From contig OZ244890.1 in NCBI GenBank assembly GCA_965221455.1, positions 2,142,290 through 2,206,289 on the forward strand: DNA of 64,000 nucleotides, in the 5' to 3' direction. This document shows positions 22,324-31,029 of this stretch, piece by piece. The DNA is from Gammaproteobacteria bacterium (GTDB lineage: Bacteria; Pseudomonadota; Gammaproteobacteria; Eutrophobiales; Eutrophobiaceae). The translations under genes were made by a program, and so were the position numbers. Below the pieces are notes generated by a model, which was given only the letters and a program-made list of their open reading frames with translations, ran no database searches and was not told the origin of the DNA. Within the stretch, counting starts at the first letter, position 1; the number at the start of each line of letters is the position of its first letter.

Positions 22324-22760
22324 TAATGCCAATTGCAATCAGATTATCAGCGTTTGATCCCTGGAATGAAATAAAACTTCATCAACAGAAAATGAACAGG
22401 GAAGGTCAATACGGCGCGACAGCAAGTTTTGTAGGGACGATGCGTGATTTTAATGCAGGCGAGCCTGTACAGAGCATGACTCTGGAGCATTACCCCGGGA
22501 TGACGGAAAAACACCTTGAAAAGATAAGTCTGGATGTGAGTACGCGGTGGGAACTACTCGATACCTTGATTATTCATAGAGTGGGCGATGTTCAAATTTC
22601 AGATACAATTGTGCTGGTATGTGTGTGGTCCGCACATCGGGCCGCAGCCTTTGATGCCTGCCGTTTCATTATGGAAGACTTAAAATCAAGAGCACCATTC
22701 TGGAAACAGGAATTGACTGTAACAGGCAAACGTTGGGTTGATAAAAATACGCCAGGATAG
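22320..22760 (+). CDS. moaE: Molybdopterin synthase catalytic subunit
   Basis: LEHYPGMTE, IHRVG, SAHR, LK.RAPFWK.E. Confidence 0.92.
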   Translation: MIMPIAIRLSAFDPWNEIKLHQQKMNREGQYGATASFVGTMRDFNAGEPVQSMTLEHYPGMTEKHLEKISLDVSTRWELLDTLIIHRVGDVQISDTIVLVCVWSAHRAAAFDACRFIMEDLKSRAPFWKQELTVTGKRWVDKNTPG

Positions 22761-22817
22761 TTGCACCGCAGCATAATCAATGCCCCTCAAATAAAAAAAC
22801 GCAAATATAATATTTTT

Positions 22818-22859
22818 GGGTATATACTCCGGGGATATGGGTATATACTCCGGGGATAG
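22818..22859 (+). repeat. 21-bp tandem duplication
   Basis: GGGTATATACTCCGGGGATA(T/G) x2, upstream of the molybdoenzyme gene. Confidence 0.85.
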
Positions 22860-22933
22860 GGGATAAGTGAATTCTTCGAAATAATTATCGGGATTGTTCG
22901 ATCACAGTAATCTGAATTTCCGGGGAGAGAGAC

Positions 22934-25057
22934 ATGGCTGCAGTAATGAAAACCACTCATCATGGCGGTTGTCCGCATGATTGTCCAGATACATGTTCTA
23001 TGGTATTTGAAGTTGAGGATGGCAAGCTGACCGGTGTCAAGGGTAATCCTGATCATCCCATGACCAACGGTGGTCTTTGCGTTAAGTTAAAAGATTATGA
23101 AAAGCGTCACTACCATCCTGATCGTCTCCTGCATCCGATGCGTCGTACCGGCGCAAAAGGTAGTAAGACATTTGAGCGTATCACCTGGGATGCGGCACTG
23201 GATGAAATTACCGACAAGTGGAAAGGCATTATTGATGAGCATGGTCCGCAAGCAATTGTTCCCTATAGTTATTTAGGAAATCAAGGTCTGGTGCATGGAT
23301 TAAATGGTGGGGATGCGTTTTTTAACCGTATGGGTGCGACTGTTTGTGAGCGTACCTTCTGTGGTGAAGGTTCATGTACAGCCTGGCTACTGACGGTTGG
23401 ACCGACAGCCGGTGTCGATCCGGAAAGTTTTAAGCATTCGAAATATATCGTTATCTGGGCGTGTAATGTACTGAGTACTAACTTGCATTTATGGCCGATT
23501 ATTTTGCGAGCCAGAAAAGAGGGTGCCAAGGTCGTTGTCATTGATACCTATGCGTCAAAAACCGCAAAAAAAGCTGATTGGCATATTGCGCCTAAACCGG
23601 GGACTGATGGTGCGTTAGCGATGGCCATGATCAATGTCATTATTGAAGAAGGACTGATCGATAGAGACTATGTTGAAAATTATACCTTAGGTTTCGATGA
23701 ACTCGCTGAACGCGCAAAAACGCGCACACCTGAATGGGCCGAGCAGATTACCGGTGTTCCTGCAGAAGATATTCGTACACTGGCTCGCGAATATGCCACA
23801 ACTCAACCCTCTGTGATTCGTCTTGGTGTAGCATTGGAGAGGAGTTATGGCGGTGGTCAGACAATTCGTGCGGTGACCTGCCTGCCTGCATTAACGGGTG
23901 CCTGGCGTCATGTTGGTGGTGGTGCCTTACAGTTCCCTGTGTGGGAACATCCTTACAAGTTTGATGTGATTTGTCGACCTGATTTAATTCCCGAAGGAAC
24001 AAGAGTGGTCAATGCGTTACAGATTGGTCGTGCTCTGACGGATGAACCACCTGCAGGTGCGCCGATAAAATCTTTAATGTGTTGGAACGCAAACCCCGTC
24101 ACTCAGGCGCCGGAAACCGAGAAAATTGTTGAAGGTTTGATGAATGAAGATTTGTTTATGGTTGCGGCGGAACACTTCATCTCTGATACAGCGTCTTATG
24201 CGGATATTCTATTACCTGCCTCTATGGGGGCCGAGATGGAAGATATGATCTTGTCATGGGGACATCTGTATCTGACATACAATGAAAAATCTATTGAGTC
24301 TCCGGGAGAAGCCATTCCGAATAATGAAATTTTTCAACGCCTGGCTGCACGCATGGGTTATGAGGAAGAGAATTTCAAATGGTCTGACTCTGAGTGCCTT
24401 GAGCGTTATGTGGATTGGGAAGCGCCTGCATGTGACGGGATTGACCTTGATTACATGCGTGAGCATGGTTTTGCTCATCTTGCCGTGGGTACGCCGGATG
24501 ATCGCGCACCGCATAAAGAAGGTCAATTTCCAACACCTTCCGGGAAATGTGAATTCATGGTAGAGGGCGCGACAAATTTTGTCGCCGCACCATTCAGGCA
24601 AATGTATGATGGATTTCAACCTGGTGAAGCATTGGATCCCTTGCCCGATTATGTAGCTTCAAGAGAGACACCGGAAAGTGATCCTGAACTGGCGGCGAAA
24701 TATCCGCTGAATATAGTGACGCCTAAAAGCCATGGTTTTCTGAATTCATGTTATGCGAATATGGAACACAAAATTAAAGGGCAGGGTGAACAATTCGTCA
24801 TGATAAATAAAACGGATGCTGATTCTCGAGATATTAAAGCAGGCAGTAAAGTTCGCGTCTTTAATGATCGGGGTGCATTCGAGGGCGATGCGCAAATTAC
24901 GGATGATGTAAATGCAGGCATTGTTGTTGCGACCCTGGGTTACTGGAGACAGTTGAATACGGGAACGGTCAACAGTATTAGTTCTGCCGAATTTGTCGAT
25001 ATGGGCAATGCCCCGACTTTTTCGGATAACCTGGTTCAGGTGGAAGTCGTGAGGTAA
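22934..25057 (+). CDS. Molybdopterin oxidoreductase (DMSO reductase superfamily) with N-terminal 4Fe-4S
   Basis: CPHDCPDTC...GLC, PKPGTDGALA, YADILLPA; no Tat signal seen. Confidence 0.88.
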   Translation: MAAVMKTTHHGGCPHDCPDTCSMVFEVEDGKLTGVKGNPDHPMTNGGLCVKLKDYEKRHYHPDRLLHPMRRTGAKGSKTFERITWDAALDEITDKWKGIIDEHGPQAIVPYSYLGNQGLVHGLNGGDAFFNRMGATVCERTFCGEGSCTAWLLTVGPTAGVDPESFKHSKYIVIWACNVLSTNLHLWPIILRARKEGAKVVVIDTYASKTAKKADWHIAPKPGTDGALAMAMINVIIEEGLIDRDYVENYTLGFDELAERAKTRTPEWAEQITGVPAEDIRTLAREYATTQPSVIRLGVALERSYGGGQTIRAVTCLPALTGAWRHVGGGALQFPVWEHPYKFDVICRPDLIPEGTRVVNALQIGRALTDEPPAGAPIKSLMCWNANPVTQAPETEKIVEGLMNEDLFMVAAEHFISDTASYADILLPASMGAEMEDMILSWGHLYLTYNEKSIESPGEAIPNNEIFQRLAARMGYEEENFKWSDSECLERYVDWEAPACDGIDLDYMREHGFAHLAVGTPDDRAPHKEGQFPTPSGKCEFMVEGATNFVAAPFRQMYDGFQPGEALDPLPDYVASRETPESDPELAAKYPLNIVTPKSHGFLNSCYANMEHKIKGQGEQFVMINKTDADSRDIKAGSKVRVFNDRGAFEGDAQITDDVNAGIVVATLGYWRQLNTGTVNSISSAEFVDMGNAPTFSDNLVQVEVVR

Positions 25058-25297
25058 TATTTTTGCAAAAACGATGTTCAGGACAAAACTGACCTGTAAT
25101 CATTTGCAAGTCGTTTTTTATGTATGGAATGAATTTATACTGTTATTGAAACAAAACGGTTTTTATCGTTTACTGACATGAATGCTTATGTTGTTGAGCG
25201 TTAGTTCCCGGGTGAAAACGGGATCTGGTAAAATCCGGAATTTCCGTATATGGTGCTTGAGTCCCTCCGGAATTATAGCCTGAACAGACAGGTCAGC

Positions 25298-26182
25298 CTA
25301 CATCGACATGTATTCCCTGGAAGCGTTTATCAGAGTGGAATCCGCGTATAGGCGATCGATAATACTTTCTATTTCATTTGCAAATTTTGCTGCCGACTGG
25401 AATCGGTCGGCATCGTTTTTAGACATTGCCTTGTCAACAAGATCGGATACTTCTCGTGGGATCTCCGGTCGTAATTCACAAACCGGTACCGCAGAATTAT
25501 GTACTATTTGACCCGCCGTGTTTTCTTTACCAAAGGGATATTTCCTTGTCAGCATTCGATACATGGTTGAACCCAAAGTAAAAATGTCCGTGAGAAAAGA
25601 AATTCTTCTTTTCGAGTCAAAATGTTCAGGTGCCATGTATGCGATTGTTCCATTATCCCGAACAGGTATATCCTCAATATTTTGAGATATACTGAAATCC
25701 GTTAATTTCACAATACCCTCTGCAGGATGATACATAATATTCCCCGGCTTGATGTCGCGATGAATCACGCCGTGGTAATGAATATATGCCAATCCAACAC
25801 AACATTTATGTATGACAGAAAGTGTTTCATCCACTGCCATTGAACCGATTGAAATCATGTAATCCAGTATTGATCGGCCTGGTACATATTCCATCGCAAT
25901 ATAATCCATATCATTGTCGCTAATAACATCGTAAATGGTTACGATATTTTCGTGCGCAAATTTTCCGGCGATTTCGGCCTCATGGCGAAATTCGTCCATG
26001 GCTTGCTTGATCTGTTCCCTGGTCATTGATTCAGGCTTTACCGACTTGATTGCGACAGACCGATTCATCACCGGATCATAGGCAAGATAAACGACACCGG
26101 ATGTCCCTTCCCCGAGTTTTTCTTTCAAGTAGTATCGACCGATGTGTTTAATGTTGAATTTTTTCTTGATTGTTTTCTTCAC
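25298..26182 (-). CDS. Ser/Thr protein kinase
   Basis: LGEGTSGVV, VAIK, HRDIKPGN, DFS, YMAPE. Confidence 0.9.
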   Translation of the reverse strand: MKKTIKKKFNIKHIGRYYLKEKLGEGTSGVVYLAYDPVMNRSVAIKSVKPESMTREQIKQAMDEFRHEAEIAGKFAHENIVTIYDVISDNDMDYIAMEYVPGRSILDYMISIGSMAVDETLSVIHKCCVGLAYIHYHGVIHRDIKPGNIMYHPAEGIVKLTDFSISQNIEDIPVRDNGTIAYMAPEHFDSKRRISFLTDIFTLGSTMYRMLTRKYPFGKENTAGQIVHNSAVPVCELRPEIPREVSDLVDKAMSKNDADRFQSAAKFANEIESIIDRLYADSTLINASREYMSM

Positions 26183-26723
26183 TCATGTCAGCTCTGATTG
26201 AGAATTATATGTGCCTGGTGGATAAATACCAGATCACGGTGCCGTGACAGGCACAAATTACGCTTGCATTTCTGGATGTGTCGATAGACAACGATATGAA
26301 TGTTATCTGTAATTCCAACGGCTTTTTATAACACGCAATCAACTTTTCCGGGAAAACCGGATGACCAGGTAGCTAACCCAAGTGGAAATAAATGTTCGAT
26401 AATATCAAGATTCATGACTGGATTTTAGGCCGGTATGAATGACATGTTTCAGGGGATGTAAATTTTGTCGGTATGTCGTTGGTATGCAAAATCAACAGGA
26501 AACAGCACGGATGGTAAAATGGAATTGAAGATTGAGTTAAATACAGTTCATGATTTGCGACTGGCTTCATTACCTGATGCCTGATTGCCAGTGCACTTGA
26601 TCGCCCCCTGATCTTCGAGCCACTTAAAGCGTGGTGAATGTGTTAAACCGGGTAACAAGGGAAGTGATGGTAAAAACCCGTTGCACTATTACTGGACATT
26701 GGAGAGAGAATCAGATGCCGACA

Positions 26724-27040
26724 AAATCACGTGAATGCACCATCACGCTGGCATGACGCCACAAGCACCGGCACCCAGCACCCAGGTAGACCGCAACACT
26801 GGCGCAGACCGCACCGCCACCCGGTACCGGCTCAACATTACCATGTAACAGTGGTTAAGGTTGAGGCAGACAGCACGATACTATGACAGTGCCGAGTGAG
26901 CAGGGCACGTGGCAATCTGGATAACTGCCGAGAAAGAACTTGACCTATGCGGATAACATCACGTAAACGCACCATCACGCTGGCATTACGCGACAAGCAG
27001 CAGCACCGCAACACCTGCGCAGACCGTGCCACCACCACGC
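26724..27040 (+). repeat. Imperfect direct repeat pair (~26724-26821 and ~26957-27037)
   Basis: Both copies read ATCACGT.AA.GCACCATCACGCTGGCAT.ACGC.ACAAGCA...CCGCAACAC..GCGCAGACCG..CC.CCACC. Confidence 0.8.
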
Positions 27041-27245
27041 ACAGGGTCATGACCGCCGTTGCTCTGCTGGCAGCAAGTCGAACAGGTTAAACAGAATGTT
27101 GACTTCATTGCCTTCGTTTAACACTGCAAAAGAATAATGAGGCCATCCCTGCTAACACTTGGCTAAGGTTCCCCGTGGTTGTTAATGCGCGTTATCAGGG
27201 AAGGCAATCTAAAAGATACGACCCCCAACCCCCAAGGGGCTTATG

Positions 27246-27366
27246 GCGGCCAAGTAACATAATGCGGAATTCTACGCTATCGCTATTGATGATAAATACA
27301 AAGCAGCTAATGAAATAGCGACAGTCCGTTACCACCGTAGAATCAAGCACTATGTTAAATGGCCGC
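27246..27366. other. Pair of inverted dif-like (Xer-type) sites
   Basis: Minus 27252-27280 AGCGTAGAA-TTCCGCA-TTATGTTACTT; plus 27332-27360 ACCGTAGAA-TCAAGCA-CTATGTTAAAT. Both are followed by GGCCGC. The E. coli XerD arm is TTATGTTAAAT. Confidence 0.6.
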
Positions 27367-27425
27367 AAAGGCAATAAGGTGTGCTTCGCACCGTTAACGG
27401 CTTTTATATCCCGCCCACCCATTGT

Positions 27426-27486
27426 CTGTTTAAAACGGCTCCAGCCCGGCAAACAGCCGCCGGGCTTCCGTTTCCGTTTTAAACAG
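27426..27486. repeat. Long stem-loop
   Basis: CTGTTTAAAACGG...AGCCCGGC / GCCGGGCT...CCGTTTTAAACAG. Confidence 0.75.
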
Positions 27487-27605
27487 CCAATCCCTTTAGC
27501 AGCTAAAATAAAGAACAAAGAAACACAATAAATTAGACGGGATCTGTCTAGTTCCTATAAACTTGCCTTCTGTATAAATAATTGTTACATGCAAAAGGAG
27601 AAGCC

Positions 27606-28034
27606 ATGAGGAAAAAGCAAGTATTTGTCAGTTTCGATTATGATAACGATAGGAATTACAAGTATCTTTTACAGGCATGGGATGCGAATCCAGATTTCGA
27701 TTTTGTTTTTAAAGATGAAACACCAGGCGAAATCAATACCAATAATGTAAGTCGAATCAAGGCTGGCTTAACAAGTAAAATAAATGACGCCACCCACACT
27801 TTATTTATTGTCGGAAAATATGCCAACCAGTTACATAATGATCATGGGGAAATTGGTTTTAAAAACTGGATCAATTTTGAAGCCTATCAAAGCATTAAAA
27901 GTGATAATTATCTTGCCGTGATCAAGCTTGATGATTCCTGTGTAATTCCAGAAGAACTAAAAGTAAAACATTGGTGGATATCTGGTTTCTCTGAGAAAAA
28001 CGTGATCGATGTGTTAAACGACTCATCAAAATAA
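27606..28034 (+). CDS. TIR-like domain protein (ThsB/DUF1863 type)
   Basis: KQVFVSFDYDND...LQAW...I..AT.TL.IVG...NWINFE with the putative catalytic Glu; AAGGAG RBS. Confidence 0.8.
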   Translation: MRKKQVFVSFDYDNDRNYKYLLQAWDANPDFDFVFKDETPGEINTNNVSRIKAGLTSKINDATHTLFIVGKYANQLHNDHGEIGFKNWINFEAYQSIKSDNYLAVIKLDDSCVIPEELKVKHWWISGFSEKNVIDVLNDSSK

Positions 28035-28038
28035 AACC

Positions 28039-28668
28039 ATGAGTTTAGACATTGGTAAACTGCAAATACTATCTGAGCACTACACTCATACATTTGATTT
28101 TTTACAGTTTCATCTAAGAAAAAGGGATAAATTATTCATTGGTATTTTGCTACTAATAATTATAATGCTCTTCCAAATATATACACCTGATGAAACATCA
28201 GGTGTGATTACCCAGCTTATATCCGACAAATTGGGCCTGAAAACACCTGTAAACTTCTTATATATTCAGAGTGTTATTTGGTTTGTTATGCTGGCCATAA
28301 TCATTAAATATTTCCAGACAGTAGTGTGTATTGATCGGCAGTATGACTACGTTCATGCATTGGAAAATATATTGAGTAGCCAATACAGCGATGGTGCATT
28401 TACACGTGAGGGTAAATCTTATTTAAGCGATTATCCTGTGTTTCTTAACTGGGTGTCATTTCTATACACAATACTGTTTCCAGTAATATTGTTGGTGGTC
28501 GTTACTTCAGAGATTATTATCGAATGCAAACAATACGGGTACACTGAAATTCTCATATGGTTTAATGCGCTTATTTATATTTTTATTCTTGTTTCTATCG
28601 CTTTGTATTTGTATGTCATACATTTTAAAAAGAAAACACACACACAAACTGAACGATTAGAAAAATGA
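28039..28668 (+). CDS. Four-TM membrane protein, candidate TIR-linked effector
   Basis: Four hydrophobic segments; starts 4 bp after the TIR stop. Confidence 0.7.
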   Translation: MSLDIGKLQILSEHYTHTFDFLQFHLRKRDKLFIGILLLIIIMLFQIYTPDETSGVITQLISDKLGLKTPVNFLYIQSVIWFVMLAIIIKYFQTVVCIDRQYDYVHALENILSSQYSDGAFTREGKSYLSDYPVFLNWVSFLYTILFPVILLVVVTSEIIIECKQYGYTEILIWFNALIYIFILVSIALYLYVIHFKKKTHTQTERLEK

Positions 28669-28669
28669 G

Positions 28670-28909
28670 ATGACAGATATATCGTACAAAGAATATGTGA
28701 TACGTCCTGCACCAATGCAGCTTGCGGATACTAACGAATGGAATATGGAACTATACATATCCAAAGATAATGGAAGTGAAATTAAAGAGCGAAAATTTTT
28801 TACAGCAAACACATTCGAAACTAAAGAAGAAGCAATCCAACATTGTATAAACTTTGGTAAGCAGATAATCGATGGTGAAGTTGAAGATTGCACTGTGTCT
28901 GACCTTTAA
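28670..28909 (+). CDS. Small hypothetical protein
   Basis: 79 aa; F.T.EEA...C..FGKQIIDG motif; operonic with the two genes upstream. Confidence 0.65.
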   Translation: MTDISYKEYVIRPAPMQLADTNEWNMELYISKDNGSEIKERKFFTANTFETKEEAIQHCINFGKQIIDGEVEDCTVSDL

Positions 28910-28920
28910 TACTCTCTTCT

Positions 28921-29180
28921 CTCACACTCTCATCACTCAAAAGAGAAAGGTACGAAACCCTGAAATGATACGCAACGCATCGTTTGCAATCGTGGGTGGT
29001 GATAGTGACCCAAATCAGGCTAAAATCCGTCCATGGGATATGCACTGTTAAAGGAAAAACCGCCTCTAGGGCCAAAAGTAGCTCCTCGGCCAAAAACGGC
29101 AATGGAGCGAGCCGGAGAGCGTTGGTTTAGCAGGGAAAAGTCGCATCTTAAGCTAGGATGCGCGTCAGTTGAAGTAGTTC
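28921..29180 (+). repeat. Leader element fused to orphan Rhs (homolog at 57491-57692, minus)
   Basis: TCACACTCTCA...AGG.ACGAAA.CC...ATGGGATA.GCACTGTTAAAGGAAAAACCGC...CGTTGGTTTAGCAGGGAAAA...GTT, then Rhs. Confidence 0.75.
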
Positions 29181-29773
29181 ACCCAGACCATCTGGGGACA
29201 CCGCAGAAGATAACCAATCAGGCACAAGCGACTGTATGGGAAGCGACGTATACGCCGTTTGGGAAAGCGACGATTACCACTAGTACGATTACGAATAATC
29301 TGAGGTTCCCCGGCCAGTATTACGATCAGGAAACGAATCTGCACTACAACTTAAACCGTTATTACGATCCTCAACTCGGAAGATATATTACCAGTGACCG
29401 TATAGGACTTGCTGGTGGCATGAATAGCTATGGCTATGCACTACAAAATCCGATTAGGTATGTTGACCCGGATGGGCGTATTCCGATACCAGTGTTTACC
29501 GGGGCAGCAGGTGCTATTGGTGCTTTCATAGGCACTGCATCTACTGGTGGTAGCCCAAGGGAGATTATTCGGGCTGCTGTCATCGGCGGTTTGGCGGGTG
29601 CTGGCGCAGGTTTGGGATTAGCATTTGTACCTGGTGCTGTTGCTGGCACCATCACCACACCGGGGATTACACAGGCCATTACTGGTATTTTGGGTGGAGT
29701 GTTGGGTAATACCCTGAACGGACTGGACTTGGTGTCACAGGTTATGGGAGCAGAGCCAGATGAGTGCCAGTGA
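29033..29773 (+). CDS. Orphan Rhs C-terminal cassette A1 (Gly-rich hydrophobic tip)
   Basis: HPDHLGTP...LRFPGQYYD...YVDPDG, then tip IPIPVFTG...SQVMGAEPDECQ. Confidence 0.8.
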   Translation: MGYALLKEKPPLGPKVAPRPKTAMERAGERWFSREKSHLKLGCASVEVVHPDHLGTPQKITNQAQATVWEATYTPFGKATITTSTITNNLRFPGQYYDQETNLHYNLNRYYDPQLGRYITSDRIGLAGGMNSYGYALQNPIRYVDPDGRIPIPVFTGAAGAIGAFIGTASTGGSPREIIRAAVIGGLAGAGAGLGLAFVPGAVAGTITTPGITQAITGILGGVLGNTLNGLDLVSQVMGAEPDECQ

Positions 29774-30104
29774 ATCCTGGCAAACCAGAGGTATACAGCT
29801 ACTCTATCTTTGGGCCTATATCAATCTGTTGTTGTATATGGTCTATGCTGTGTCCCTGATCATGGGCTGGGCAGAAGCTTGGGAAGGTGAAGGTGGTGAC
29901 TGGCTTGTAATTTTTGGCTGTTTTCTTTTTCCTGGTTTAGGAATTTTTGCCTTATGGGCGCGTAATGAGTTTGATTGGGTGACCCTGGAGCAAGGTGGTC
30001 AGGTTGGGCTGTTCAGTCGTGCTATCTGGATATCTATGGGTACAATGATGAATATAGGAAGCAGTTATATCTACTGGCGGGATACCTTGCCTTTGTTTAA
30101 GTAA
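29760..30104 (+). CDS. Putative membrane immunity protein A1
   Basis: Overlaps the tip stop; 3 TM segments; paralog of 47507-47848. Confidence 0.75.
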   Translation: MSASESWQTRGIQLLYLWAYINLLLYMVYAVSLIMGWAEAWEGEGGDWLVIFGCFLFPGLGIFALWARNEFDWVTLEQGGQVGLFSRAIWISMGTMMNIGSSYIYWRDTLPLFK

Positions 30105-30142
30105 ATCGTTCTCTGGTTTTGTAACCTTCCCCAACTTAGATA

Positions 30143-31029
30143 TGTAACCCTCCCCAAAAATAGTCTCATGCAAGATGTTGTGATTTTGTTCATACCAGAG
30201 AGAGACAGGAGAACAAAATGCAACCGAAGACATTTAGCGAAAGCCAGATATTCAAGATACTGAAAGCAGCAGAAAACGGACGTGCAGTAAAAGATTTATG
30301 CCGAGAATATGGCATGAGCGATGTGAGTTTTTATCGCTGGCGTTCCAAATATGGCGGTATGGAATTAGCTGATATCCGCCGCATGAAAGAACTGGAGAAA
30401 GAAAACAATCAGCTTAAGAAAATGTTTGCCGATTTGAGCCTGGAGAATACCGCCCTCAAAGACCTTATCGAAAAAAAGCTCTGAGTGTAGATACCAAAAG
30501 AGAAAATATTTTGTATCTTCACCAAACCCACAAGTAGAGTATTCGGCAAGCCTGTTTGGCCTTGCAGTTGAGTCGCTCAGTGTATCGTTATCAGCCCAAA
30601 CCCAGAGACGATACGCCGCTGATTGATGGGCTATTAGCACTGCTGGAACAATATCCACGTTTTGGGATTAAAAAGCTGTTCATTCTGTTGAGGAAACAAG
30701 GCCATGGCTGGAATCATAAGCGCGTGTATCGGGTTTACTGCCAATTGGGACTTAATCTGAAACGGCGCACGAAAAAACGATTGCCGGGTCGGTATCCCCA
30801 AGTACTGGCCATCCCGGCATCAGTAAATCAATGCTGGTCGATGGATTTTATGAGTGATTGTCTCTACGACGGCCGTCGATTCCGAACACTGAATATTGTC
30901 GATGACTTCAACCGAGAAGTCCTGGCCATTGAAGTTGATTTGAGTTTAACGGCTGAACGCGTGGTGCGTGTGCTGAATCGACTCAGTGAATGGCGTGGCT
31001 TACCTCAAGCGATTCGTGTTGATAATGGC
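30143..31029 (+). mobile_element. IS3-family (IS407-like) copy 1, 3'-truncated, orfB fused in frame to Rhs
   Basis: IRL TGTAACCCTCCCC; orfA 30218-30484 intact; A6G slippery site; TAG early in the orfB frame; WSMDF...RVDNG junction. Confidence 0.88.

Noticed and set aside
26690-27500. CRISPR array or tRNA
   Set aside because: Only two imperfect repeats, no regular spacers, no cas genes and no cloverleaf recognised.
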